Source: Lepidodermella squamata (lineage: Eukaryota > Animalia > Gastrotricha). From it: a DNA stretch of 64,000 bases. The position numbers and the translations under genes were made by a program. This document shows, piece by piece, positions 32,001 to 44,094 of the stretch. The notes below the pieces were generated by a model. The model ran no database searches. It was given only the letters and a program-made list of their open reading frames with translations, and was not told where the DNA came from. The first letter of the stretch is position 1; each line of letters opens with the position of its first letter. Where the stretch lies: positions 868,001 to 932,000 of the forward strand of contig JBLDXI010000042.1 of NCBI GenBank assembly GCA_047495785.1. Direction: 5' to 3'.

Positions 32001-35000
32001 AAGCAGCTAAGGGCTACAATTTAAAAATTCTTTTACATTTCCAATACAGTGTGGTCTGATACTAGTGCAGGGGGCGAGGTTCATTCATGTTTTTTAATGA
32101 GGAGCTTGGAAAAATTGAAATTTTTTAAGAATTGCGACAATGGAAAGGCAAATATTTAAATTCTTCAATTTTTCCAAGCTCCTCATTAAAAAACATGAAT
32201 GAACTTCGCCCCCTGCGCAAGTATCAGACCACACTGTAGTCGAATTCTAAAGAAATTCTGAAATTCTTCTCAGTTTATCGAATGCAAAGTTTTCGAAACA
32301 AGTACCTGGATATCTGTTGCCTCAGTCTTGCAGGCATTGTGATTTTCTCTGAAAGACGTCGAGTTGCCGCCATAGCCGTAGATTTTAACCTGACATCAAG
32401 CAATTGCGTTACGAATCCGAAATCTAATTAAATGGCTCGCTTACCCGGGTACCACTCGTGAAAATGCCATAGCACTGTTTGCCATTGCTTGTGACACATT
32501 GGGCGGCTCTCTGGTGGAGAAATATCGTATCAAATGTGATCGGAAGTCAAAGCCAATTAGCCTTATAAATCATAAAAATTTCTTATATAATCATGTTATC
32601 AGAATTTGATTGTTGAACAAAAGCGAATTCCAGCTTAATACATTTAATGAAATTGAAAAAGTCGAAAGTTGATCTGGAAACAATCTTTTACCCCTCTTAA
32701 GCAGTTTGCTCTGTTGGTGAACGTCGCAGATGAAAATTCTCGAGTTTCAGATCCAACCTGACAGCCCGTTGTCTCGAGGCGGCAATCAATGAAGCTGCCG
32801 TTAGACGAGCTGAAGCACCTGACATGCGGTTTCTCACTGTCCGGAACTTGAACTACACCGTACAGCATGAACAAGATTCAATAATTACAAAAATCGAATA
32901 TAAACTCACGTGAAGTCCCAGAGATGCACAGGCTTAAATTAGAGTATGGGCTGCCATCATCGAGCTATAAAAAATTGGAGGAAAATTAAGATCAGCTAGG
33001 TGAATGTAAATTGCTTCAAACCCAGTTCTCAGGACAGGTGGAGTTGATTGGAACACATGTCTTCACCACTCCGTTGTCTTTGCATCGTTTGAAAGTTTGA
33101 TTCTGAACACATTGAGAAAATTTACTAAATATTTACTATTTTAGCGCGATTAATTTACCGCGAATTTCGATCTCGCGCTATTGCAAGCGGCTAAGCTGTC
33201 TTTCAGCGTGGTATTCCTGAACCAATCAAGCTAAAAAATATAATTAAATTAAATTAAAACCCAGTATCCAGCGGATAGAGCAGGAGATTTGCCTCGATTT
33301 CACTATCAGCAGCTGGCTCGCCACTCAAGTTACAGTTGCCAAGGCCAGGATTGCAACGTGTTGTTAGGGCGCCGTATTTGTAGCACATTTTAGCATTCTA
33401 TTTTAGAGATTGATAACATTAGCATTATAGACACCTGAATTTCAGATATCTTACCCCTGATCGGCACGTTGCTAGATCAGCGAACAAAGGGCCCCACTAG
33501 ATTAAAAAATTGAATGAAAAATTGATTAATATAATAATTTAAATAGAGCATCCCGCCCTAAATTCGGCCACTGTTTTGGGTTTTCCTAGTTTGCCAGCCA
33601 TGTGAATTTTTAGAAAATATTTGGCAAAGACAGACTTATAGATGAGTTCTTGGGCTACCGAATGCTGGTTTTCACGCCGGACGATTTTATTTTGAATTAT
33701 GGTGTGCTTTTATTTTAAATTTTTTAGTGTGCTTCACTTTTCACTTTTTAGTGGCATCATTGGAACGACGTCAAGATCAGGCAGCTACCACCCAGGCTCG
33801 TTTGGAAATACCAAAAAGCTGATTGGCAAAAGATACGAAAACAGGTGGCCAACAAGTTGAGGAAGCACGAGGTGGATCGACCATCTGCAGAAAGCCTGGC
33901 GAACAGGACTTTGGAAACAATTATTCGAAGCATGCGCGACAACATCCCGAGGGAGGTGTTAAAGCACACCGAATCCTCGGTACCGTGGTGGAACGATGAA
34001 TGTCTGCAAATGTTCCAGGAGATGAACGAGAGCCTCGACAAAGACAGGGAGGAAGAATTACGGCGAAGAATCGATGAGGTTCATGAAGACTACAAGCGAT
34101 CGCTCAAAAATAAACTCACCAAACGGATATTCCTCCGAAACGATATCACTAGCTCATACGGCAAGTACAGCTCGCTGTAAAACCACACACAGGGAGAATT
34201 CCGCCGCTAGAGAATGGAGAGGATGACTCAGGGCGAATTCTGCTGATCACGAACGATGTAGAGAAAGCTGAATTGCTGGTCGAGTCGAAGATGAATCTGC
34301 CTAAAGGCATGGGGGAATGGAATGATGATTGCGAGCCTGCGACTATCCTATTGGAAATAAAGGTCGAACAACGAAACATTAAGGACGAACTGAAATCCTT
34401 GAATCTCGGAAAATCCCCTGGACCCAGCGGTATCGGGCCAATCCCGCTTCGAAAGCTAGCCAACTGGATAGCGGCTCCTCTAACGACGCTGTGGCAGAAA
34501 ATGCTGGAGGAAGGGGTTTGGTCATCACCATTCAAAATGGTCCATATCTGCCCAATAAACAAAAAAAATCAAAATCAGATAAGGCCAATTATCGCCCGGT
34601 TGGAATGGGCGAGATAATCGGCAAGGTCTTCGAACGAATTGTAGCGGCTGAAAACGGCAAAAGCGAACAGAGTCATCCCTACCGACCAAGCAGCTTTCAT
34701 GGCCGGTTGTAGCACTAGCGATACGCAATTCGCAGTGGTGATCGACATATTATCGGCATTTAACAACCGAGAAATCTTCATACTTCGCCAAACCGACGTA
34801 AGTGGTGCTTTCGATCGTGTTGACCGCCCACTTCTGCTTGAAATCCTGTGGAGATGCGGCATAAGAGGGAAAGTCCATAAATTACTGAACGTTTTTTCCG
34901 AGTTCTAGTCGCCGGAGCAGCGTCAAGTCTCAGGCAAGAAGATGCCGGCATCTGCCAAGGCAGCGCCCTCGGCCCCACGTTATGGTTGATCTTCTATTCG

Positions 35001-36172
35001 GGAATCTACCGGGCGGCCTCTCGGGCCTTGAAGGCCTCGGAAACTTACACCTTCGCCGACGATTTTAACCTTGGAGGAGATGAAATCCAACTAGTCGAAG
35101 GAGGGGAAGAGATGGCCATGGCATGGGCGGCTTCACACAGGGTTTCGATGGGCCCAAAAAAGCGCGTTGACACGGTCTTCATTTACCCTCGCTCGAATGA
35201 AGCCTCGCGGGTGCCGAGAAGCAAGAAAAGCCAACGACAAATCAGCCAACAACTACCGTTCTACTAGGCCTTACACTTGACTCGGGGCTGACGGGCCGAG
35301 CTGGAAGTCGCCCACTGCCGCCGCTGACAACAAACATCAAGAAGATCGGCAACTCGTCACCAGTTTCAACTTCGAATCCACTCGAGATTCGGCGGCGAAC
35401 ACTCAAAAGCTCCAATCGAGCCATACGCTCGCCTCCTATAGTTCATTGAAGCCTGGAAAACTCCATCGTAACGTATTCCCGCAGCGTATAAACATTAATC
35501 TATTCAAGCGTGAAACTAACACTCTAGGCTTGCCATAAGATCGCTTAAATCAAGGCTGAACATTGTTTTGTAAATAATAAAAAAATGGCTAATTTTGTAG
35601 TTCACCTATACTCCTGGCCGGAATTAGGGATCCGTGTGCCCTAATTTCGGCCACCTCGTCCAGGTACCTTAAATTTGATACCGTTAAATTCGTCTCGACA
35701 AGCTGAGTAAGGAAATCGCCCTTTTATCTTTACCTGGGAGCCTTCCCTTTACGACGTGATGCCTGAAGCTCTGGTGATTATGGTAACAAAGCACTCAAGA
35801 AACGACATGAGCACCAGCATTAAGAATTATTTTTGTGGGCGACGTAAATTAAGGGTAATTTAATTTAAATTCAAGTGAAGACTAATTTCTAAGAGAAATA
35901 TTTAGTATATGAAACTGAGAGGTCAAATTTTTAATGCGGATCATAATTTCAATGTTCCATTTCCATCGATGATATCAAAAGTTGTTGAATTAAATTGACT
36001 TAAATGTAACAAATACCTGATATTCGGTAATAGGATCACAGGTTGGGTTGTTATCGCGGCAAGAAGTAAATGCGTTGTTGGTCACTTGGAAGCATCGCTT
36101 GAAAACCTGGCCCGATGCCTGGCCGATGAACCCGAACAAAATAACGAGAATTATTAAAATAAAGCTTCTCAT
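26099..36172 (-). CDS. Copy C: signal peptide, 6 four-Cys modules and two LamG-like domains (14 exons)
   Basis: Exons 36172-36017, 33496-33455, 33397-about 33261 (boundary uncertain), about 33230-33159, 33102-33022, 32964-32910, 32852-32692, 32510-32445, 32389-32306, 31963-31889, 31831-31783, 31731-31378, 27134-26291, 26234-26099. Ends INCAAFAVPGMR*, as copy A does. Confidence 0.75.
28233..29091. mobile_element. Foldback/MULE-like non-autonomous element with TIRs of about 250 bp
   Basis: 28302-about 28552 and about 28842-29092 are near-perfect inverted arms. Direct repeat CTTTTCTCGTG at 28222-28232 and 29092-29102. Nested inner inverted repeat at 28554-28570 and 28681-28697. Confidence 0.85.
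29440..29580. repeat. Dispersed repeat; inverted copy at about 36755-36910
   Basis: gtgtgcgaagtag...gttttctacttgtt.tctaagaccc.gcc...gagctggggtgtcgcg is shared in opposite orientation. Confidence 0.7.
30100..31180 (+). mobile_element. Highly decayed LTR-retrotransposon (BEL/Pao-like) integrase-region remnant
   Basis: Broken plus-strand peptides YHKENSYAGSTAVMNFFKQRYFVV (integrase Zn-binding-like) and PKVGDFVVIP...YELRTG...NRPL (Pao C-terminus-like), with many stops. Confidence 0.4.
32047..32236. mobile_element. Tc1/mariner-type MITE (190 bp)
   Basis: TA|CAGTGTGGTCTGATAC...GTATCAGACCACACTG|TA, TIRs of about 70 bp. Confidence 0.9.
33757..35586 (+). mobile_element. Decayed, 5'-truncated LINE (RT fragments) in intron 1 of copy C
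   Basis: Frameshifted pieces WKYQKADW, PWWNDEC, KSPGPSGI, NYRPV, DVSGAFDRV, CQGSALGP, YTFADD; A-rich 3' end near 35580. Confidence 0.85.
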
Positions 36173-37259
36173 TGCTTTTCGAAAAAATAAGTGCTTAATG
36201 ACGTGAAAGAGTCGAACAATTTTTTAATATCACGTATTTTTGCCTGTTCTGTTGCTCGCGCCAGATTTCATGTGTGAAAAGACACGCATGAGTTTGAAAA
36301 ACAAAAACAATAAACAAATCTCATTGAACCCTGACAGGGTCAGCCGCAGCGTTTTTTCACATAATCGATTTTAACAAGACGTCTATTTCCAGATCAGACT
36401 CCAATAACATGTTATTGAAACTGAAATTGAAATTGAGAGTTTTGGCTTCTCTCCCCCGCAACTAATCGTCTGTATCTTCTCGGTTTTTGAGAAAGGCGAA
36501 GGAAAGATAGCAAACCAAAGATAGCATTTTATTTAAAATAAATAAATAAACAATATCAAATAAATTTAATAGAGATGATTTAATCGCAATCAAAAGCATG
36601 GCTTCCTATGGGTAACTCGCCCTGATAAATAAATTTGATCCCAACAGTCTTTCGTACTATGATGTGTCGTAGGGGTTTATCAAATTCCATTTCGAATTAC
36701 ACCAGTTTGTTTCTATCAAATTCGATAAACTCCTTTGCAGGGTTCGAAGTAAAGGGGTGCTCGGGTGTCGCGACACCCCAGCTCCGGGTAAATCCAAAAC
36801 CAGAGGAAGGCTGAAAAATACACAGGGAGCGACTCTTTGTTTTCTTTGGCTGGGTCTTAGAAAACAAGTAGAAAACGCCTCAGCTCCCGGATCCTACTTC
36901 GCACACTGCTCCTTTGAGATTTTTTCGAACGAGTGTGCTAATTGCACTCACGCACGGGTGCCCCGATAAACTCGAAAATTTAATCTCAAGCATCCGATCT
37001 TTTGCGATTGCTTAAGCTCTCTTTCGTTAGAAGTGATAAAGCTTCTAAAGTTTGCAATAAGATATCAGCGAATGTGACAGTATATTTCAGCATTTACGGT
37101 AACAGTCAAAAAGGGGCCCTTTTTTCTTGCATCACACCAAAAGGGTGAATACGCACTAATATCATATTGTCTTTTTGTCTTGGATAGAATCCCTCTATCG
37201 TAAGGCGCGTCTCATTGACATTTCACCATTTTATTTTAATAATTTTCCACAAACATCGA

Positions 37260-38543
37260 TTACGCTCGCATTTGTTTCCGGTCTTTTTCAGGTATCGCAA
37301 TTTTGCGCGGCAGGTGATACGGCGCCAGTCGCTCGCCCTCCCACCCGTCCTTGTAGCAATAGGCCGGGCTCAGGATAACTGTCGGCGCATAGTCGACCAA
37401 ATACCGGTTCAAATGCGACTCTTCGTGGTGCTTCGCAATCACCCCGTTGTCGTCATCAATTTTTATCGACTCGACCAACGCCCGCCACAGCTCGATCACT
37501 CGGCCAGCCCGCCCACCGTAGAACGCGCCGTCGTAGTAGATCCAGCCCTTTTCGGGCGGGATATAGGCGCAGGATGTTTCGTTCTTTTCGTACGTTAGTT
37601 CGGTTCGATTGCGGTTGAACATCCAGTAGTTTTGGGTAGCCACGAGATCGCCGAGAATTTCAGGCCCAACTTCATCGACTACGTACATGTCAGAGTCCAT
37701 CGAGAAGAAAAAATCATTTTTCTAAAATAAACAAGAAAAATGGGAAAAATTAAATTTTATTGGAAATTATAAAAATTAAATTTCGAAAAAATTATTTTGA
37801 AATTTCAAAAAAAAAATAATTTTTCGGTAAATTTTCAATGTCAATAAATTTAAAACCCGTTTTTTCCAAAATATTCGAAGATTCATATTTTTGATCGAAT
37901 TTTTCAAAATTTTACAAAAAATTTCGAATTATTTTTCAAAAATTTTCAAATTATTTTTTCCAATTTTTTGCCCTTCAACACATTTTCTCAATTTTATGGA
38001 CTATTTTCAAAAATAAATTGACCAATTTAATGTGATTTTGTCAACATTTTTTCTTACCTCGTTTAACTGATCGTTCAAGCATCGATTAAGATAAATCTCG
38101 GGCCGTTTCATCGAATCATGCGGCCATCCGAGTCGTTGTTGGAAAACCAGCGTAACATCCTCGCCAAGGTGATCCATTTGATCTGTGAACACGTAGAAAT
38201 GCAGCCGAGCGTGACCACGCAGCATAAATTGCCTCGCCGTAGCTATTAACCGGCGTGTAAAATCGAAATACCGCCCCGTTGCCATGACAAAAATTGCAAC
38301 TCGAGGTAGATCGGGCGATTTTTCATCAATTTTTTTCGAAATTAATTCGGAAATGCTGATCGATGGGAAAAATTGGGCGCATATCTTTTTCAGCTCCGAT
38401 TCGCTCGAATCACTCGAATATTGATCGGGTGATTTGCCAACCAGTTGGCTGAGGCAGAAAATTAGCAACAGGGCCGATGTGGCGATTGATAAAGCTAAGC
38501 TAAGCCAGTTTCGGCTTAGTCGGGCGTAGAAGCTCACATTCAT
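37260..38543 (-). CDS. GT6-family (ABO / alpha-1,3-Gal/GalNAc transferase-like) glycosyltransferase, type II membrane protein, 315 aa
   Basis: Exons 38543-38058 and 37721-37260. TM segment WLSLALSIATSALLLIFCL. Motifs ATGRY, FYVFTD, GWPHDSMKR, MDSDM (DXD), AYIPPEKG, YYDGAFYGG, EESHLNRY, LSPAY. Confidence 0.92.
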
Positions 38544-38796
38544 TATAGTTGAATCGTGATTTTTTTCATTCAAAGAAATGTTGGAAAAATCAACGTGGAA
38601 TTTTTTTGCGTAAATCGTCGCGTGCTCAATAATTTATTCTCGTTCACGCGAACAAACAAAAATTTTCGAAAAATAATCTGAGGAAAATCTGAAATTTAAC
38701 ATTTTTACGAGAATAAGGATTCCTATCATTTAGGTATAGCTTCAATTAATTAATCACTGAAAATTATTTAAAAAAATCGATTATTGCTTTGGTTTA

Positions 38797-40124
38797 TTAT
38801 TCGGTTGGGTTATCGATTAGGCCAAATCCTTTAATTGCTTCACTTAATTTCGCCGCGACCTCAATTGAAGTTCCACGAAGTTCCGGTTCGATCTTTTCCA
38901 ACTCGATGCCAAATTTTCTCCCATCTTAAAACGGGACAAAAAAATTAGGCAAATAATTCGAAAAAAATAAAATAAATTACGCGCTATCAAGTCGATTTTC
39001 ACGATTCGGCCATTTTCAAAATCGATTTTTCCGGCCCAAGATAATGGGTAGACATAGCCGTTAGGATACGCCAAATAGCCGCTGATTTCATCTGAATCAT
39101 CGCCTGCCCCACGAATCGTTAGGATCAAGCCATTTTCAAATCTCGAAAATATGAAAAATCGATTTTCGATAATCGAATTTTCGAAAATTCTAACGCCGCG
39201 AAGTATCAGCTCTAAAGTTTCTGATTCCACCTCAATTGTTCCTCTCATCTCTCCAGTTTGTTCGAATATTTTTCGCGAAGTATCGAAAATATTCGAAATT
39301 TTCAATTTTGGACTGGCGGCGTTGCATAGATTTTTGGCAAGAAGCCAAGGGCTGTAATCAACCGAGTGATCGCTCGGATCGGTGAGAGCTTTGAACCAAA
39401 ATCGAAGCGTTACTGGGATGAATTCATCCTGGCCGGTTTGACGCTGCTCGTTTTTCATGAGGCCGGCATAGACGATGCGATATTTTCGAACTGCGTCAAT
39501 TTGCCAGATCCTGAGCCCACCGGCTGCTATTTTTCTTCCATCATCTATGCACATTAAATTAGCAATATTTATTGAAATTTCATAAAATGATAAGGAAAAT
39601 TGCGTAAAGCATCCAATGTCGAATTGAAAAATATTTTAAAAATTTCAATGAAACGGGAAGCTAATTTTGAAAAATTTTCAAAAAAATTCAAAAAATGTCA
39701 AATTTAAATTTTGAAATTTTTGAAAAATTAGGAAATTATTTTTTGAAAAATTAGAAAATATTTTTCCATTAATACCTGGCTGGGCTGTTTCGTCGTCAAT
39801 TGCTCTCCAATCAAGCGTGAATCGTCGCCCATCAGCGAGCCTCAACATCATGATGACATCAACTTTTCCAACCTGGCTTCGTTTCACAGCTAGGTTGATA
39901 ATATTCCCAAATTTATCGCAGCCACAAAATTGCAGAAATTTAGCTCGCCCGTTGGGGAAACCAGCTAAATGTTGTTGTTGTATTTCGATCTCCGGCCGTT
40001 GCCTTCGCTGAATCCTGCGCCAAGTTTTAAATATTGCCAATAGATTGAAGATAATGAGCCGTGTTAATATTCGAAATTTGTTGCAAATAACAACAAAGGC
40101 CAGAGTAAGGAATATACAAATCAT
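38797..40124 (-). CDS. Membrane-anchored protein, probably with an AttH/tocopherol-cyclase-like fold (recalled resemblance to the N-terminal region of animal 'PEP-synthase-like' proteins)
   Basis: Exons 40124-39776, 39544-about 38981, about 38923-38797. Hydrophobic N-terminus. Motifs MMLRLADG, AGGLRIWQIDAVRKYRIVYAG, FEQTGEMRGTIEV, GYLAYPNG. Fold assignment is from recalled similarity only. Confidence 0.6.
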
Positions 40125-41035
40125 TCTGAAAATTTGAATTTATGCAAATATTCAGTCAAATTGAAAAAAGGAAATTTCAAATTTTCGGAAATTTCAATTT
40201 TTAGAAAATTTGATCGGGCTGTTCAATAAAATTACCCTTAGTTATATTAAAGATCCCGAACAACTGGGATTCATGAGGATTAAAAAATATTTCCCGAAAA
40301 ATTCGCCTTCGATTTTAAAAATTTCAGAAGCTTCGAGAAAGCTCATAAAAATTGAAATTAAAGCTGTAACGGGGTCAGTCGAGCATGTCCAATTAGCTCG
40401 AATTTTACTCGACTCGATTTAGACGAATTCGATTTTATATTAAAAAAATCGGAATATTTAATGCTCTTGATTGAAAATTCGAGGGAATTTTTTGAAATTC
40501 TAATTTAAAATTATTCGTAAAAATAAAGAAAATTTGAATTAAAACCGAATTAAATTCGATACAATTTCGGACGCTCATATTTGATTTGTCATCGTAAGTT
40601 TCAACATTCGCCCTTTGAAATTAAAATTTAATTTAACGGAAATTATGAAGAAATAGTTTAATTTTTACAAAAAAAATGTATTTGGCTATTTTCCAAAAAA
40701 TCATCGCCTCGAGTTTGATGTCAAACGAAAGCTGATGAACGGGAGAATTTCATCGCGGCTACCGCCGTCTAAATCTAATTTTGGCTGGGCAATTGTCCGT
40801 TGCCTGCGAAAAGTTTTCAGAAACGTTCTAAATCCTTCTGAATCCGACACGTTGAGCGACGAAATGCAATAAAAATCGGTGCCAAAATGAGTCTATAATT
40901 CTCCACGTGATACCTCAATCTTGTTTATCTAGTAATAAACGCGACGTAACGCAACACCTTGCCGTAATAAATAGAGCTATTGACAAAATAGTTGTCTAAA
41001 AACGGCTTAAATCAGTGCAAAGTATATTTTCCGCC

Positions 41036-43010
41036 ATGTTTGTTGAAATTTTCGCAATTTTAATTATTGCGCTAATAATATGTTTCGCATTATATCGAAA
41101 ATTAATTGCGCATCGATGGCTGGCAAATGCCGGCATCCCAGGCCCACAGCCGCACTGGCTCTACGGCAATTTACGCGAGTTATGGTCGACCGATAAACGG
41201 CATGAGATTTTTAGAAAATGGGCTGAAGAATACGGACCCGTTTTTGGCTATTACGAAGGCGGCAATCCTGTTGTTGTGTTCAACCGACTTGAAGATATCG
41301 AAGATATTTCAATTGCTAAATATGACACTTTTCAAGGCCATTACGTATCTGTTCTACAGGTAAATCCAAAATCAAATTTTTCAGATTGAAATTATCACAA
41401 GATTTTTTTTAATTTTTAAATTTCAAAAAATTTCAAAATTCTCAAATTTGAAGTGAATTTTACTAATTGCTGTTTTCTTAAAATTTTTGCGATTTATTTT
41501 TAGAATTTCATGAGTGAATTGAAAATTCAAGTTTTAAAATAATTTTTTTTTGAAATTTTCAGCCAGACCAACAGACCGATATGGAAAGCAGTATATTTCG
41601 GCCGAATCTGTTCTTAGGAACGGGCAATTTTCGGCGGCTTCACCGGCGATGCGTGACCGAGCTATTCACCGTACCTCGCTTCAAATTGATTTTGCCGCTT
41701 TTCGACTCGGCTTTGCAACAATTGGTCGCAGTTCTGCGCTCAAAGGCTCAATCTGGAACCGAATTCGATATTCTCGACGTTTTCGAACGATTTTCTATGG
41801 TAAGAAAATTTAATTAAATATAAAATCATTTATTTGTGAAAAATTTGAAAAAAAAACTAAAAATTCTATTTTTTAATTTTTTGTTTCATTTTAAATGTAA
41901 AAATGTAAAAACAAAATTCAAATTTTAGAAAATATTAGAGAATTCGCATGATATTATTTAGAAATTTTAGAAAAATTTAAAAAAATATGTTTCTAAGTAT
42001 TTTTCTAATTTTCCAAGGATGTAATGGGAACGGCAACAGCTAGCATCGAAATAGGCTGCCTGGCTAAAATTAACGAGGACAGCAAACTCATCGATAATGT
42101 GCGATCAGTCATGCGTGAAAATGTCGAAATCAGCCGTGTCGAGAAATTTTTCATGATTTTCTACGACATTCTTTATTGGCTAATTCCTTACTTCAAACGC
42201 TTCATCGAATTTCTTAACCGTGATTTTCACATCGTGAGCCGTCACAAAATTTGGGACATTTGCTACAACGTCGTAAATCGAAGGCTGGACCAAGGCTTGG
42301 AGGAAAGATCCGACTGGCTGAATTGGCTACTGCAAGATTCGATCACGGAAAAAGAATTAACTAGAGAAGAAATTGCTGGAATTTGCATGCTATTTTTCGT
42401 CGCTGGATCCTCAACAACATCGGCTGGAATAACGTTCATAACGCATCTTCTAGCTCGAAATCCTCGAATTCAGGCCAAAATTTACGAGGAAATTTCGAAA
42501 ATTCCGAAAGGTGATTTTGTGGATAGGGTGACACAAAATACGTACCTGGAGTGGGTTTGCGAGGAAGCGATGCGAATTCACGCCGTCACGCATGGTTCAC
42601 TGAACCGTATCGTTTTATCGCAAAATCTCGAGGTGAATGGCGTGAAAATTCCGAAAAATTGCCGTCACGTTTTCATGGATACTTGGCGCATTCATTTCGA
42701 TTCGAAAATCTGGGGCCCAGTCGACCCGATTCAATTCTACCCGGAACGGTTTAGCCCGGAATATTTGGCGGCTAACCCGCGGCCTTCGACGGTGTTTCTC
42801 GCCTTTGGCATCGGGCCAGGAATGTGTATCGGCAAGAAATTTGGCATTTTTGAGATGAAACTAGCGATTGCAAGTGTTGTGAAGAATTTTGTTATTGTAA
42901 CCGGGAGTAATGAGGACATTTCTGTTAGATCTGTGCCGGTTTATCAGCCTTCTGATGGCTTGCTAGTGAAACTGATTCCACGGGGAATGACGGCTACTTT
43001 TAATGTTTAA
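41036..43010 (+). CDS. Microsomal cytochrome P450 (CYP3-clan-like), 517 aa
   Basis: Exons 41036-41359, 41563-41799, 42018-43010. N-terminal anchor, PGPQPHWLYGN, I-helix AGSSTT, EAMR, PERF, heme loop FGIGPGMCIG. Confidence 0.95.
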
Positions 43011-44094
43011 TGACAGTTCAGCAAACAGAAATGAGCAGTGAAAATTTGTTAAATTTACCGAAAGATGATAATTTAAAAAATCGGGAAAATTTTCAAAAAA
43101 TTTCAAAATTTCAAATTTTAAATTTCAAAATTTCAACAATGTACGACAACAAATATTTGTTGGGTTTTCCAAAATTCTAAGAACATTTCAATTTTGTAAG
43201 AAAAAATATGAAACATACGAATATTTTTCAAAATTTCAAAATCTCAAAATTTCAAAATTTCAAAAGGAATGCAAAATGTTTGTAAAATGTAAAATTTCAG
43301 AAAATACGGGCCTTGTGTTTTAGCGGGCAGATTTGTACAATTTTTAGTGCTGAATTGATTGGCAAGAACTCGTTTTTTTTAATTTCCCTCAATTTAAAAT
43401 TTTCTTATTCATCATTCTTACCTTTCCCCAAAGTTTTCAAGATTTTTTCTAGTTTTTTGCTTAAATATGTATTCTTCTTAATTTAGCCTTTAAGATACCA
43501 GTTTTCCAGAAGTTTTTCAGAAAATTTTGTTTCCAACTCAGGGAATTACTATTTTTACGATTAAAGGAGCATTTTGAATTTTTTGGGCTCAAAAATTGAA
43601 ATAATTTAATAAACGCTCAAAATGTTGACATTTGAAACCTCCTGGTGAGAAAAATGGTCCCTTGGCAACCCGTTGCTATGTATTAGCGTATTTTTTTCTT
43701 CGCTTTCCATCTCCATCTGATGAGTATAAAAAAGGCTAAATTAAGGAATTAAATCATGAAAATATCTCATAAATCGAATCATCAATCCTCTGAATCGTAG
43801 AATTATGGCTGCAGCAACTCTATAAAATAAAATTAATTTAATAAAATTAATATTTTCATCTAATTTTCAATTTAAATTCAAATTTAAATTTAATTTTTAA
43901 ATTTGTTTTTGCTGTCTCTACTATAATTCGAGACATCCTTTGCATTTTTTTAATTTTCTGTATCATGTTTTATAATCGGCTTCAATTATGAAATAAACAA
44001 TGAATGATTTATTCAAACAACAGCAATGATACAAATGAAAAAAGGGTTTATTGTTCATAAACAAGTTTTTTTCCCAGTTTCCTATTTCCCAGGT

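Noticed and set aside
37215-37598. Plus-strand ORF conserved with 25058-25522
   Set aside because: The similarity comes from being antisense to the duplicated GT6 exon.
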